Below, one piece after another: positions 33,744 through 42,672 of a stretch of DNA of 64,000 bases (the stretch's first letter is position 1; every line of letters starts with the position of its first letter). Below the pieces are notes generated by a model. The model saw nothing but the letters and a program-made list of their open reading frames with translations, did no database searches and was not told where the DNA came from. The stretch is from Bifidobacterium breve (GTDB lineage: Bacteria > Myxococcota_A > UBA796 > SXON01), in the NCBI GenBank assembly GCA_943328795.2, contig CALQBK020000001.1, forward strand, positions 17,200 to 81,199, read 5' to 3'. The position numbers were made by a program, and so were the translations under genes.

Positions 33744-33850
33744 ACGCTCAACGCGAGGCTGATCAGCAGCCCGACGAGCACCAGCCCCGCGAGGCAACCG
33801 GCGGACTTGTTGGGCTTGACCCGCTTCCGGAGCCAGTCGGCGTCGTTCAT
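33740..33850 (-). CDS. Putative 36-aa single-pass membrane mini-protein
   Basis: The ATG at 33850 gives MNDADWLRKRVKPNKSAGCLAGLVLVGLLISLALSV, a basic N-terminus plus one TM helix. GC3 is very high, as in neighbouring genes. It lies 43 nt downstream of the DsbA-like gene on the same strand. Confidence 0.4.
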   Translation of the reverse strand: MNDADWLRKRVKPNKSAGCLAGLVLVGLLISLALSV

Positions 33851-33893
33851 CGGGGCCAGATGGGCCGAGCGTCGGCACCGGCGGCGGCCACGG

Positions 33894-35120
33894 TCAAGGC
33901 AGGTCGCCCGGGGCGAGCCAGCCCCGCAGCACGTCCTCGACTTGCGCGAGCCGATCCTGCCCCCAGAACCGCTGCGCCGGTAGGCCGGGCCGGCGGACGA
34001 TGAACGTCGGCGTGCCGAACACGCCGGTGTGGAGCGCCTCCTGCGTGTTCTGGAACAGCGCGTCGCGTTGGGCTTCGGCCGCGGCGGGGTCCCCGCCAAG
34101 CGCCGTGAGCACCTCGGGCCGGCTGATGTCCTCGCCGCGCGCCCAGGCGGCGCCGAACACGCGCTCGGAGAAGGCGAGGGGGTCCGGGTGGGCGAGCGTG
34201 CAACGCAGCGCCAGGACGGTGCGCAGGGGGAAGTGGGGCGACCAGCGGAACGGGACGCCCCACCGCGCGGCCCACTGGTGCAAGTCGCGCAGGTACCAGA
34301 GGCGCTTCGGCTCGGAGAACGCGAAGAACGGCACGTCCACTTGGCCGACGGTCTTGAACAGCGCGCCGAGGAGGAACGGCCGGAGGCGCAGCGTGGCGCC
34401 CGTGCGATCGGCGAGGCCCCGGACCTGGGTGCCGGCGAGGTAGGCGAACGGGGACGCGTAGTCGAACCAGAAGTCGACCACGGCGTCAGACGGTGGGGCC
34501 AAGACCGCGTTTTCGGGCGGCCACGCGGGGCTCGGGTCGCGCAGCGCGCGCTCGACGAAGTCCAGCCGGTCGTGCCCCCAGTAGAGCTGCGGGGCGGCGT
34601 CCGGCGCGTGGATGACGAACGCGGGCGCGCCGAAGACACCGGCCTCGATCGCGTCGTCGGTCTCGCGCTTGAGGCGCTCGCGCTCGCCGTCCAGGTCCAG
34701 GTCGATGAACCCGTGCTGCGCGGCGATCGCGCGGACGACGGCCTCGTCCTCGATCGCGCGCCCCTCGGCCCAGTACGCGCGGAAGAACGCGCGCACCAGG
34801 GGGCGAGCGTCCCCCTGGCGGGAGGCAGCGAGGGTCGCCCGGAGCGCGTGAACCGTGCGGCGAGGGTGCTCGAGCGGGAACCGCAGGGGGAGGCCCGCGC
34901 GGACGAGCGCCCGCTGCTGGTCGTGCAGCGTGTGCAGGGCCTTTTGGGGCGAGAGCGTCGTCGCGAGGTTTTGGGCCGTGCCGACGGCGCGGAACACCCC
35001 GCCGAGCAGGAACGGGCGGTAGACCAGGTCGGCGCCCGTCCGTGCGGCTACGCCCTCTACCAGGCCCGAGGCCGCGTACGCGAAGGGGCAGGAGTAGTCG
35101 AACCAGAAGTCCAAGCGCAT
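33894..35120 (-). CDS. Tandem-duplicated 2-hydroxychromene-2-carboxylate isomerase / DsbA-like thioredoxin-fold protein
   Basis: The ATG at 35120 gives MRLDFWFDYSCPFAY.... A second copy starts at VVDFWFDYASPFAYLAG. Each half ends with GVFG[AT]P.F...........WG.DRL. Confidence 0.85.
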   Translation of the reverse strand: MRLDFWFDYSCPFAYAASGLVEGVAARTGADLVYRPFLLGGVFRAVGTAQNLATTLSPQKALHTLHDQQRALVRAGLPLRFPLEHPRRTVHALRATLAASRQGDARPLVRAFFRAYWAEGRAIEDEAVVRAIAAQHGFIDLDLDGERERLKRETDDAIEAGVFGAPAFVIHAPDAAPQLYWGHDRLDFVERALRDPSPAWPPENAVLAPPSDAVVDFWFDYASPFAYLAGTQVRGLADRTGATLRLRPFLLGALFKTVGQVDVPFFAFSEPKRLWYLRDLHQWAARWGVPFRWSPHFPLRTVLALRCTLAHPDPLAFSERVFGAAWARGEDISRPEVLTALGGDPAAAEAQRDALFQNTQEALHTGVFGTPTFIVRRPGLPAQRFWGQDRLAQVEDVLRGWLAPGDLP

Positions 35121-35293
35121 CCCGCTGCTTATCCGCCGAGTGAACAAAATCGGAGGGATCGTCTCTGCTCGGTCGGGGGTGGGCTTGACGTGTCAACAGT
35201 AGCGCGCTTTGTACCTGATCTGTTAGCCAGCGCGGTTCGTCGAGGGTTCTGCTGGAACGTCTTGGGCTCCTGGTCTCCGCCGCCTGCGCTGCC

Positions 35294-36268
35294 GTGCTCG
35301 CTACGGGAGCGGTGGTGTCTGCGCCGCCGGCCGCCGATGGCCGGGCCTGGCAGCCGCCGGCGCGGCTCACGGCTATGGTCGTGCCGATCGCCGAGGCGTC
35401 GGAGGTGTGGATGGACGCCGGTGCCGGCCGGGCAGCGCGCGCTGTCCGAGACCTCGCTGTCGCGCCACAGACCGTGCTGGCGCTCGCCGTGGGCATGTCG
35501 GACGCGACGCTGACGACGATGCTGCCGGGCGTCTCGAACGCCCGCGCCGCGCTCGCGCAAGGCGACGCGATGGGCGCCCGCACCGCGGTGGACGGGCTGC
35601 TCGCGGTGCTGCGCGCCGACGTGGACGCTGGCGTCGTGTCGATGGACCTCGCGGTGCCTGTCGCCGAGCAGCTCTGCAGCCTCCGCGCCGAGGCCATCTG
35701 GGCGCTCGGCGCGGCCCCTCGGGGCTCTCAAGGCACGTTCCTCTCGCGCACGGCCCCGGCGGCGATGCTCGGCGACTGGCAGTACGGCGTGCCGGCGTCG
35801 GTCACGCTGGCGCAGGCCGTCCTGGAGAGCGACTGGGGACGCTCCGCCCCCGGCCACAACCTGTTCGGCTTGAAGGGAGAGGGGCCGGCCGGGTCCAGCG
35901 TGCGGCAGGTCGTCGAGTACCGCCATGGTCGTCGCGGCGTGCGTCGTGACGCCTTCCGCGCGTACAACAGCGAGTCCGAGGCGTTGAAGGACCACGCGCG
36001 TATCCTCGGCACCCGCGCCCGGTACGCGCGCGCCCGCGCTGCCGGCGAGGACCGGCAGGCCTTCGCCCGCGCGCTGGTCGGCGTGTACGCGACCGATCCC
36101 CGGTACGCCGGCAAGCTCGACCGCATCATCGGCCTCTTCGACCTCGATCGCTTCGACTGGGCCACGCCACGATCCTTCACCGTGCCCGCCCCGGTCGCTG
36201 ACCTGCCGCAGGTCGTCGATCTCGGCCTTCCGTGGCAACTCCCGGCAGCATGGGGCGTTGGCCAGTAG
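35294..36268 (+). CDS. GH73-type peptidoglycan glucosaminidase (FlgJ C-terminal-like)
   Basis: Motifs VTLAQAVLESDWGRSAPGHNLFGLKGEG, FRAYNSESEALKDHARIL and YATDPRYAGKL. The first canonical start is GTG 35294, but the in-frame upstream codons (35249-35293) encode a signal-peptide-like hydrophobic stretch. Confidence 0.85.
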   Translation: MLATGAVVSAPPAADGRAWQPPARLTAMVVPIAEASEVWMDAGAGRAARAVRDLAVAPQTVLALAVGMSDATLTTMLPGVSNARAALAQGDAMGARTAVDGLLAVLRADVDAGVVSMDLAVPVAEQLCSLRAEAIWALGAAPRGSQGTFLSRTAPAAMLGDWQYGVPASVTLAQAVLESDWGRSAPGHNLFGLKGEGPAGSSVRQVVEYRHGRRGVRRDAFRAYNSESEALKDHARILGTRARYARARAAGEDRQAFARALVGVYATDPRYAGKLDRIIGLFDLDRFDWATPRSFTVPAPVADLPQVVDLGLPWQLPAAWGVGQ

Positions 36269-36304
36269 TTCAGGATAGACACGGCGTCCCCGCCTGGAGC
36301 CCGC

Positions 36305-36643
36305 ATGCCCACGACCACCCCCCCGGCTTACCTCGACTGGCTCACCGAAGTCTTCGAAGAGGCGCAGGTGCCGCACGACGACGCTGCGCGGCTCTACTTG
36401 GACGTCGCGCTCCGCCGCATCGCGCGCTGCGAGACCGGGACCGAGGAGCAGGTGTACCGGCTGTTGCGCGAGCGCTGGCTGAAGCACGGCGTCCCGGGCC
36501 GGCAGCTGCTCTCGGGGCTGCTCCGGGACGAGGTGTTCTCGCGTCGTGACTCCCCGCTGCGCCCGGTGGAGGGCCAGGCCTACTTCACGAACGACTACAA
36601 GCCGCACACCATCTTGCCGAACGTCGGGCCCGCGCGCACCTGA
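36305..36643 (+). CDS. Hypothetical protein (112 aa) upstream of smc
   Basis: ATG start, balanced composition, high GC3. No recognised motif. Confidence 0.65.
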   Translation: MPTTTPPAYLDWLTEVFEEAQVPHDDAARLYLDVALRRIARCETGTEEQVYRLLRERWLKHGVPGRQLLSGLLRDEVFSRRDSPLRPVEGQAYFTNDYKPHTILPNVGPART

Positions 36644-36678
36644 TCCCCCTGCGCACCGCCCACCCCTAGGCCCGCCCC

Positions 36679-39600
36679 GTGCGCATCCGCAAGCTCGAGC
36701 TGCAGGGGTTCAAGTCGTTCGCTGACCGGGCGACTTTTCACTTCGGCGCCGGCATCTCCGGGGTGGTCGGACCCAACGGCTGCGGGAAGTCCAACGTCGT
36801 GGACGGCGTGAAGTGGTGCCTCGGCGAGCAGCGGGCGAAGACGCTGCGCGGCGACGCGATGACGGACGTGATCTTCGCGGGCAGCTCCTCGCGGAAAGGC
36901 GTGAGCTTCGCGGAGGTGTCGCTCACGTTCACGGCGGACGAGGAGCCTTTCCCAGGGATCTGGCAACGGTTCCCGGAGCTGGACGTGACGCGCCGGCTGT
37001 ACCGCGACGGCACGAGCGAGTACCGGATCAACCAAGAGAAGGTCCGCCTGCGCGACGTGAACGACCTGTTCATGGACTCGGGGGCGGGCAACCAGCTCTA
37101 CAGCTTCATCGAGCAAGGCCGCATCGGCCAGATCGTGCAAGCGCACCCCGAGCAGCGCCGGACGTTGATCGAGGAGGCCGCCGGCATCTCCCGGTACAAG
37201 GCGCGGCGGGAGGAGACGCTGCAAAAGCTGGTCTCGACCCGGACGAGCCTGGAGCGCGTGGCGGACCTGACGGACGAGATGGCGCGGCAGCTGAAGAGCG
37301 CGGAGCGGGCGGTACAGCGGGCGCTCCGGTGGCAGGAGCTGAGCGCGAAGCTGCGCCAGGAGGAGATCGCCGTGGCGCTCGCCCGCTGCCACGCGCTGAT
37401 CGGCGACCGCAAGGTGCTCGGGCAAGGCGTGCGGGACTGTCAGGCCGCGATGGAGGAGGCGACGCGCGCCGTTGAGCGCACCGAGGCCGAGGTGGGCGCA
37501 CGCCGGGCGCTGCTCGAGAGCCGCGAGGCCGAGCTCGGCGAGGTGCGGGACGCGTTGGCGACGGCGGAGGGGGACCGCCGCGTGGAAGAGTCCGGGATCC
37601 AGTTCCAGGAGCGCGAGGCGACCGGCGCCCGCGAGCGCCTCGCCCAGCTCGAGCGCGACGTGCACGGGCTCGAGACCGAGCGCAGCAGCGCGCGCGGCGA
37701 GGCGGAGCGGGCCGACCTGGCCCTGCGCGAGGCCGACGCCCAGATCCCTCCGCTGCGGGTTCGGGCCGAGGCGCTGGGCGAGTCCTGCCGGGCGATGGGG
37801 CTGGAGCTCGGGCACACCCGGGCCGCGCTCGACGCCGCTCGGAAGGTGGCCCTCGCCGCGCTCGAGGCGGCGATTCGCGCAAAGTCGGTGCGGGACGGCA
37901 TGGGCCGGCGGGTGGCGGACCTGGACGAGCGGGCCCGGCGGCACGCGGAGCGCGTCGAGGAGGCGCGCGCGCAAGACGCGCGGGTGGCGGACGAGATCAC
38001 CCGGGTGCAAGCCCAGCTCGAGGAGTCCCGGGCGCGGGTGGGCGAGGCGAAGGCCGTCGTCGACCAGCGCGTGGTCGAGCAGCGCGAGGTCGAGCAAGCG
38101 CGCGCCGCGGCCGTCGCGACGGTGCGCGCGGCGGAGCAAGGCGTCCGCGAGGCCGAGCAAGCGGTCTCGCACGTGCAGGAGGCCGTTCGCGGCGCCGAGG
38201 ACAGCGTACGCCGGGCCTCGGCCGGCGTGCAGGCGCGCGAGGGGGAGGTGCGCGCGAAGGAGCAGGCGTGGACCGCCGCCGACCGGGAGCGCGCGGCGCT
38301 GCTGGCCCGCGTGGACGCGATGGAGGACGGCATCCGCCGCAACGCGGACGCCCCCGATGGGCTGAAGCAGGCGCTCGCGGTGCCGGGCGTGCTCGGGCTG
38401 TTGGCGCCGCTGCTGGACGTGCCGCGCGAGTCAGAGGACCTGCTGGCCCGGGCGCTCGACGGCGGCCTGGAGACCGTGCTGGTGCCCGATGTCGCGACGG
38501 CCCTCGCGGTGGCGCGCGCAGCGAAGGGGCAGAAGGTCCGCGTGCTGGTCGTCCCGCCCGGCGGCGCCCCGGCCCAAGCCGGCGTGCTCGGCGTGGGCGG
38601 GTCGGCGCTGGCGCAGCGAGCGCTCGAGCAGCTCGCCCCGCGGGTCGTGCAGGTGGACACGCTGGAGCAAGCGTACGCGGCGTGGACACCGGGCGCGCGC
38701 GTCGTCAGCCGGGATGGTGCGCTGCTCCGCGAAGACGGCGTGCTCCTGCTGGGGTTGGGGCTCGCGGGCACGGCGGCCTTCGCACGGAAGCGCGAGGTCG
38801 CGGCGCTCAGGGTGCAGCTCGACGCGCGCGCGGCGGCGGTGGGCGAGGCCGCCGAGGCGGTGAAGGCCGCCCGTGGGCGGGTGACCGAGGCGGAGGCCGC
38901 CCGCGACGCGTTGGCGAGCGCCGTGTCCGTCGAGGTGGCCCGCGTGGCCGACGCGCAAGGCAAGGTCGCGGTCGCGCGCGGGGTCGTGCGGGAGCGCCAG
39001 GACGCCGCGGCGGCGATGGACACGACGGTGCGCGCAGCTGCCGCGGCGGTGGAGCAGGCCCGGCAGGAGCAGCGCAAGGTCGAGGCCGTCGAGCAGGAGG
39101 TGCGCGGGCGCTTGGAGGCGCGGCGGGCTTCTCGGACCGCCGCCGAGCGCCTCGCCCAGCAGCTCGTCAGCGACGGCGCAGGCATCGAGCGCGCGCGGGG
39201 CGACCTCGCGAAGGAGGCCGAGGCGGCGGTCGCGGCCATCACGGTGGCCGAGGCGAAGCAAGACGCCGCGGAGCAAGAGGTGCGGGCGGCCCAGCGGGTG
39301 TTGGAGACGGCGGAGCCGCAGCTGGCCGCCGGGCAAGCGGAGATCGCGACCGTCCGGATGCAGCTCTCCGAGCTCCAAGGCGTCGTCCGCAGCCAAGGGG
39401 CGCTGGCGGACGCCGCCCGCGCGCGCGTCGACCGGGCCACGGTGCGCGTCGAGCAGGTCGGCCAGGAGCGGTCGCGGCTCGAGACGCGCCTCGTCGAGAT
39501 GGCGCTCGAGGCCGAGGCGGCGACTGCGCGCTTGCAGGCCCTCGGCGAGCGGATCGGGGGGCTGCGCGACCGGATGGACGGGCTCAAGGCCGGGGTCAGC

Positions 39601-40548
39601 GAGAGCCGGGACCTGGTGCGCATCGCGGACGCCGCGGCCCGGTCCGCTCGGGACCGGCGGGACGCCGCGCGGGACGCCCTGGGGGTCGCGGAGGCTCGGT
39701 TCGCCGCGGTGCGCGACGGGCTGGAGCGGCTCCGGACCGAGGTCGAAGGGCGGTACACGGTGAACTTGGTCGGGCTGCTGGACCGCATCGATCGCGACGG
39801 TCAGCTGCTGCTCGACGGGTGGGAGGCCGCTCCGGTCGCCGGGCTGGTGATCCCGGAGCCGGTCCCAGTGCTGCGCCTCGGCCGATCCGACCTCGAGCGG
39901 GACGTCGCCGAGCGGGCGAAGGGCGCGACGGAGCTGCGCGCCGCGCTGGGCCGCGTCGGCGAGGTGAACCCCAGCGCGGAGGAGGAGTTCCGCGAGGTCG
40001 CGGACCGCCACGGGGAGCTGGTGCGCCAGCGCGCGGACCTCGAGGAGGCCATGCGCATCATCGAGGACGTGATCGGGCAGCTCAACCGGACCTGCCGCGA
40101 GAGGTTCCGTGAGACGTTCGACCTCGTCGCAGAGCACTTCATCGAGCTCTACCCCCGGCTGGTCGGGGGTGGCTCCGGCCGGCTCGCGCTCACGAACGAG
40201 GACGACCTGCTGCTCACCGGCGTCGAGATGTTCGTCCAACCGCCGGGGAAGAAGGTCCAGAGCCTCTCGTTGTTGTCCGGCGGCGAGAAGGCGATGGCCG
40301 CCATCGCGCTGATCTTCAGCCTCTTCCGCGTCAAGCCGTCGCCCTTTTGCCTGTTGGACGAGGTGGACGCGCCGCTCGACGAGGGCAACGGGGAGCGCTT
40401 CAACCAGGTGCTGAAGGAGATGTCGAAGCGCTCCCAGTTCATCATCATCACGCACAACAAGAAGACGATGGAGTGCGCCGACGTGCTCTACGGCGTGAGC
40501 ATGCCCGAGCCGGGCACGAGCCGCCTCGTCACCGTGAAGCTGGATTGA
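36679..40548 (+). CDS. smc: Chromosome segregation protein SMC
   Basis: Walker A GPNGCGKSN after MRIRKLELQGFKSF. Long coiled coils flank a hinge. C-terminal signature LSGGEKAMAAIALIFSLF and Walker B LLDEVDAPLD. Confidence 0.97.
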   Translation: MRIRKLELQGFKSFADRATFHFGAGISGVVGPNGCGKSNVVDGVKWCLGEQRAKTLRGDAMTDVIFAGSSSRKGVSFAEVSLTFTADEEPFPGIWQRFPELDVTRRLYRDGTSEYRINQEKVRLRDVNDLFMDSGAGNQLYSFIEQGRIGQIVQAHPEQRRTLIEEAAGISRYKARREETLQKLVSTRTSLERVADLTDEMARQLKSAERAVQRALRWQELSAKLRQEEIAVALARCHALIGDRKVLGQGVRDCQAAMEEATRAVERTEAEVGARRALLESREAELGEVRDALATAEGDRRVEESGIQFQEREATGARERLAQLERDVHGLETERSSARGEAERADLALREADAQIPPLRVRAEALGESCRAMGLELGHTRAALDAARKVALAALEAAIRAKSVRDGMGRRVADLDERARRHAERVEEARAQDARVADEITRVQAQLEESRARVGEAKAVVDQRVVEQREVEQARAAAVATVRAAEQGVREAEQAVSHVQEAVRGAEDSVRRASAGVQAREGEVRAKEQAWTAADRERAALLARVDAMEDGIRRNADAPDGLKQALAVPGVLGLLAPLLDVPRESEDLLARALDGGLETVLVPDVATALAVARAAKGQKVRVLVVPPGGAPAQAGVLGVGGSALAQRALEQLAPRVVQVDTLEQAYAAWTPGARVVSRDGALLREDGVLLLGLGLAGTAAFARKREVAALRVQLDARAAAVGEAAEAVKAARGRVTEAEAARDALASAVSVEVARVADAQGKVAVARGVVRERQDAAAAMDTTVRAAAAAVEQARQEQRKVEAVEQEVRGRLEARRASRTAAERLAQQLVSDGAGIERARGDLAKEAEAAVAAITVAEAKQDAAEQEVRAAQRVLETAEPQLAAGQAEIATVRMQLSELQGVVRSQGALADAARARVDRATVRVEQVGQERSRLETRLVEMALEAEAATARLQALGERIGGLRDRMDGLKAGVSESRDLVRIADAAARSARDRRDAARDALGVAEARFAAVRDGLERLRTEVEGRYTVNLVGLLDRIDRDGQLLLDGWEAAPVAGLVIPEPVPVLRLGRSDLERDVAERAKGATELRAALGRVGEVNPSAEEEFREVADRHGELVRQRADLEEAMRIIEDVIGQLNRTCRERFRETFDLVAEHFIELYPRLVGGGSGRLALTNEDDLLLTGVEMFVQPPGKKVQSLSLLSGGEKAMAAIALIFSLFRVKPSPFCLLDEVDAPLDEGNGERFNQVLKEMSKRSQFIIITHNKKTMECADVLYGVSMPEPGTSRLVTVKLD

Positions 40549-41008
40549 TCACGTCAGCCCTTGATTCGTTCGCCCGGGGCTTGTGGACGTTGTACACGCC
40601 CTTCCCCTCCGCCAGCATCTTCGTCGGGTCGCCCGCGTGGATCGCGATCCGCGCGATGCCCACGCGGTTGCCCAGCCGCACGACCTCCGCGACTGCGTAG
40701 AGATCCTCCAGCGGGGCAGGGGAGTAGTAGTCCACCCGCAAGTCCACCGTGCTCACGCGCGCCTCCAGCGCCCCCGCCTTCGAGAACACCGCGAGCCCCC
40801 CCGCGGTGTCCGCCAACGTGGAGATCACTCCGCCGTGGATCGCCGGCCGGGACGCGTCGCCGACCAACGCGGGTTGGTAAGGCACCCGGAGCGTGCAGTG
40901 CCCCGCAGAGAGCTCGACGACCTTGAGGCCCAGGTACCGGTTGAACGGGATGCCCTCCTCGAAGAAGCGAATCAGCGCGGCGTGGGACTCGTCAGCATCA
41001 CGGGACAT
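40529..41008 (-). CDS. PaaI-family hot-dog-fold thioesterase
   Basis: Motifs PFNRYLGLKVVELSAGHCTLRVP, IHGGVISTLADTAGG and VDLRVDY. Its 3' end overlaps the smc 3' end by 20 nt (convergent). Confidence 0.85.
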   Translation of the reverse strand: MSRDADESHAALIRFFEEGIPFNRYLGLKVVELSAGHCTLRVPYQPALVGDASRPAIHGGVISTLADTAGGLAVFSKAGALEARVSTVDLRVDYYSPAPLEDLYAVAEVVRLGNRVGIARIAIHAGDPTKMLAEGKGVYNVHKPRANESRADVINPASR

Positions 41009-41044
41009 CGGCCAAGTTTAGTCCGGGGGGTTACCAGCGGCTCG

Positions 41045-41665
41045 ATGTCTGTGAACTCCGAGGCCAACGACAGCGAGCTTGTCGCCCGGGTGCTCCAGGG
41101 CGACAAGAACGCGTTCCGCCCGATCGTCGAGCGCTACCAAAATCGCATCTACGCAATGGTCGTGGGCATGGTCCGCGACGAGGCCGAGGCCCGCGACCTC
41201 GTGCAGAACGCGTTCATCAAGGCCTACCAGGGGCTGGACACGTTCCGCGTGGACTCGTCGTTCTACACGTGGCTGTACCGGATCGCGATGAACCTCGCGA
41301 TCGACAGCTGCCGCAAGCGCCGCCGCCGCAAGACGGGCAGCTTCGACGAGGCGATCGCCGCGCGCGACGAGGACGGCGAGATGCTGGTGCTCCACCACGC
41401 GGACGGCCCTGCGGAGGCCCTGCACCGCAAGGAGCTGCGGCAGCGGATCTTCGCCGCGATGGAAGAGCTCACCGAGGAGCAGCGCGAGGTCCTGCTGTTG
41501 CGCGAGGTGGAGGGCTTGTCGTACGCCGAGATCTCGGAGAGCATGGGGATCCCGGAGGGAACGGTGATGAGCCGGCTGTTCTACGCCCGCAAGAAGATGC
41601 AGGCGCTGCTGAAGGACACCCCCGAAGCGCCGATGCAGGGCGCCAAAAAGGCGCCCTCGGCATGA
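41045..41665 (+). CDS. ECF (sigma-70 group 4, RpoE-like) RNA polymerase sigma factor
   Basis: ATG at 41045. Region 2 is DLVQNAFIKAYQGLDTFR...FYTWLYRIAMNLAIDSCRKR. Region 4 is LTEEQREVLLLREVEGLSYAEISESMGIPEGTVMSRLFYARKKM. Confidence 0.93.
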   Translation: MSVNSEANDSELVARVLQGDKNAFRPIVERYQNRIYAMVVGMVRDEAEARDLVQNAFIKAYQGLDTFRVDSSFYTWLYRIAMNLAIDSCRKRRRRKTGSFDEAIAARDEDGEMLVLHHADGPAEALHRKELRQRIFAAMEELTEEQREVLLLREVEGLSYAEISESMGIPEGTVMSRLFYARKKMQALLKDTPEAPMQGAKKAPSA

Positions 41666-42672
41666 ATGAACCCGGCCCCGGCGCGTCATTGGAGGTGATG
41701 GACCCCTCCAACGCCCCGGCCCCCGACCTCGCACCAGCGGAGCGCGAGCTCCTGCTGGCCGCAGACGACGCCGGGTACGACGTCCAGAGCGGGCCCCTCG
41801 CGGCCGCCGTGCGGGACCTCCGCGCCCCCGGGGAGCGGCTCCGCGCCTTGCTCCTCGGCGCCCAGGTGGACGTGGCGGACGACGTCCTGGCCATCCTCGG
41901 CGACGGGTTTGAGCGGCTGCACGCGCTGCGTGAGGGGCTGCAGGGCGACCTGGACGTGGCTGACGCCGTGTTCGCGTCGCTCGACCTGCGGGCTGTCCCG
42001 CTCCGCGATGTGCTCCCGGCGGCCCCGGTCGGGCTGGCGGACGACGTGTGGGCCGCGATTGGGGATGCAGACGACATGCTGCTCTCGGCGTTTGGCGACG
42101 GCGAGCTCGAGGGGGCGCAGCGCTCCCGGGTCTCTCGCACGGCGCTTCGGCAGTCGGCCGCGCAGGAGCAGCTGCAAACGCAGGCCCGGCTCGGCGTACA
42201 GGTGCGAGATGCCGCGGTGTCGGGCGCCGCGGACGTCGACCTCTGGGGGGCCATCGGCGCGAGCATCGGGGCCGAGGGCGCCGAGGCCGAGGCGGACGTC
42301 GGCGATCAGCTCAGGGCGGCCGTCGCGGCGCTGCCGCCTGTCGACATCACGCGCGGCGTGATGGCCGGGATCACGCCGAGGGAGCGCGCGATGCCGCGCT
42401 GGCTCGCGATCGGGGGCCCGGTCGCCGCGCTGCTGATGGCCGCCGTGGTGTTGCTCGCGGTGGTGCCGAGCCTCACGATGCCCGGCGTGAAGGTCGGGGG
42501 CGCGTCGCTCGCTCAAGTCGCGGCGCCGTTCATCATGGCGTCGGTGAACGACGCGCAGGTCGAAGACTTGGAGACGGCCACCGACGTGGTCGCGCAGGTC
42601 GTCCAGTTTGACGACGGTGGTCCCACGTTCATCCTCATCGACGAGTCCGGCGCGTCAGGCGGTACCCTTTGA
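41662..42672 (+). CDS. Putative membrane-spanning anti-sigma factor
   Basis: The ATG at 41662 overlaps the sigma-factor stop (ATGA). Repetitive acidic cytoplasmic part (repeated ...DVADDVLAILGD / LADDVWAAIGD / DVDLWGAIGA units). One TM helix (WLAIGGPVAALLMAAVVLLAVV). Short periplasmic tail. No HxxxCxxC zinc motif. Confidence 0.7.
   Translation: MNEPGPGASLEVMDPSNAPAPDLAPAERELLLAADDAGYDVQSGPLAAAVRDLRAPGERLRALLLGAQVDVADDVLAILGDGFERLHALREGLQGDLDVADAVFASLDLRAVPLRDVLPAAPVGLADDVWAAIGDADDMLLSAFGDGELEGAQRSRVSRTALRQSAAQEQLQTQARLGVQVRDAAVSGAADVDLWGAIGASIGAEGAEAEADVGDQLRAAVAALPPVDITRGVMAGITPRERAMPRWLAIGGPVAALLMAAVVLLAVVPSLTMPGVKVGGASLAQVAAPFIMASVNDAQVEDLETATDVVAQVVQFDDGGPTFILIDESGASGGTL

Noticed and set aside
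35185-35196. TTGAC-GT-GTCAA inverted repeat in the DsbA-like/GH73 divergent region, as an operator or as -35 elements
   Set aside because: The half-sites are only 5 bp. No convincing -10 element lies at the right spacing on either strand. I cannot distinguish it from chance.
36595-40455. Several long ORFs overlapping smc (36595..38172 -, 37440..39788 -, 38431..40455 -, 38268..40112 +)
   Set aside because: smc has unambiguous Walker A, signature and Walker B motifs with coiled coils in frame 36679. The others are Ala/Arg/Ser-rich shadows of the repetitive GAG/GCG/CGC codons.
40529-40548. 20-nt convergent overlap of the smc and paaI 3' ends (and similar overlaps at 17272-17275, 21502-21512 and 51439-51455) as a sign of mis-annotation
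   Set aside because: Both partners have conserved C-terminal residues up to their stops. Short convergent overlaps are common in compact high-GC genomes. I kept one of these (21502-21512) only as a low-interest note.
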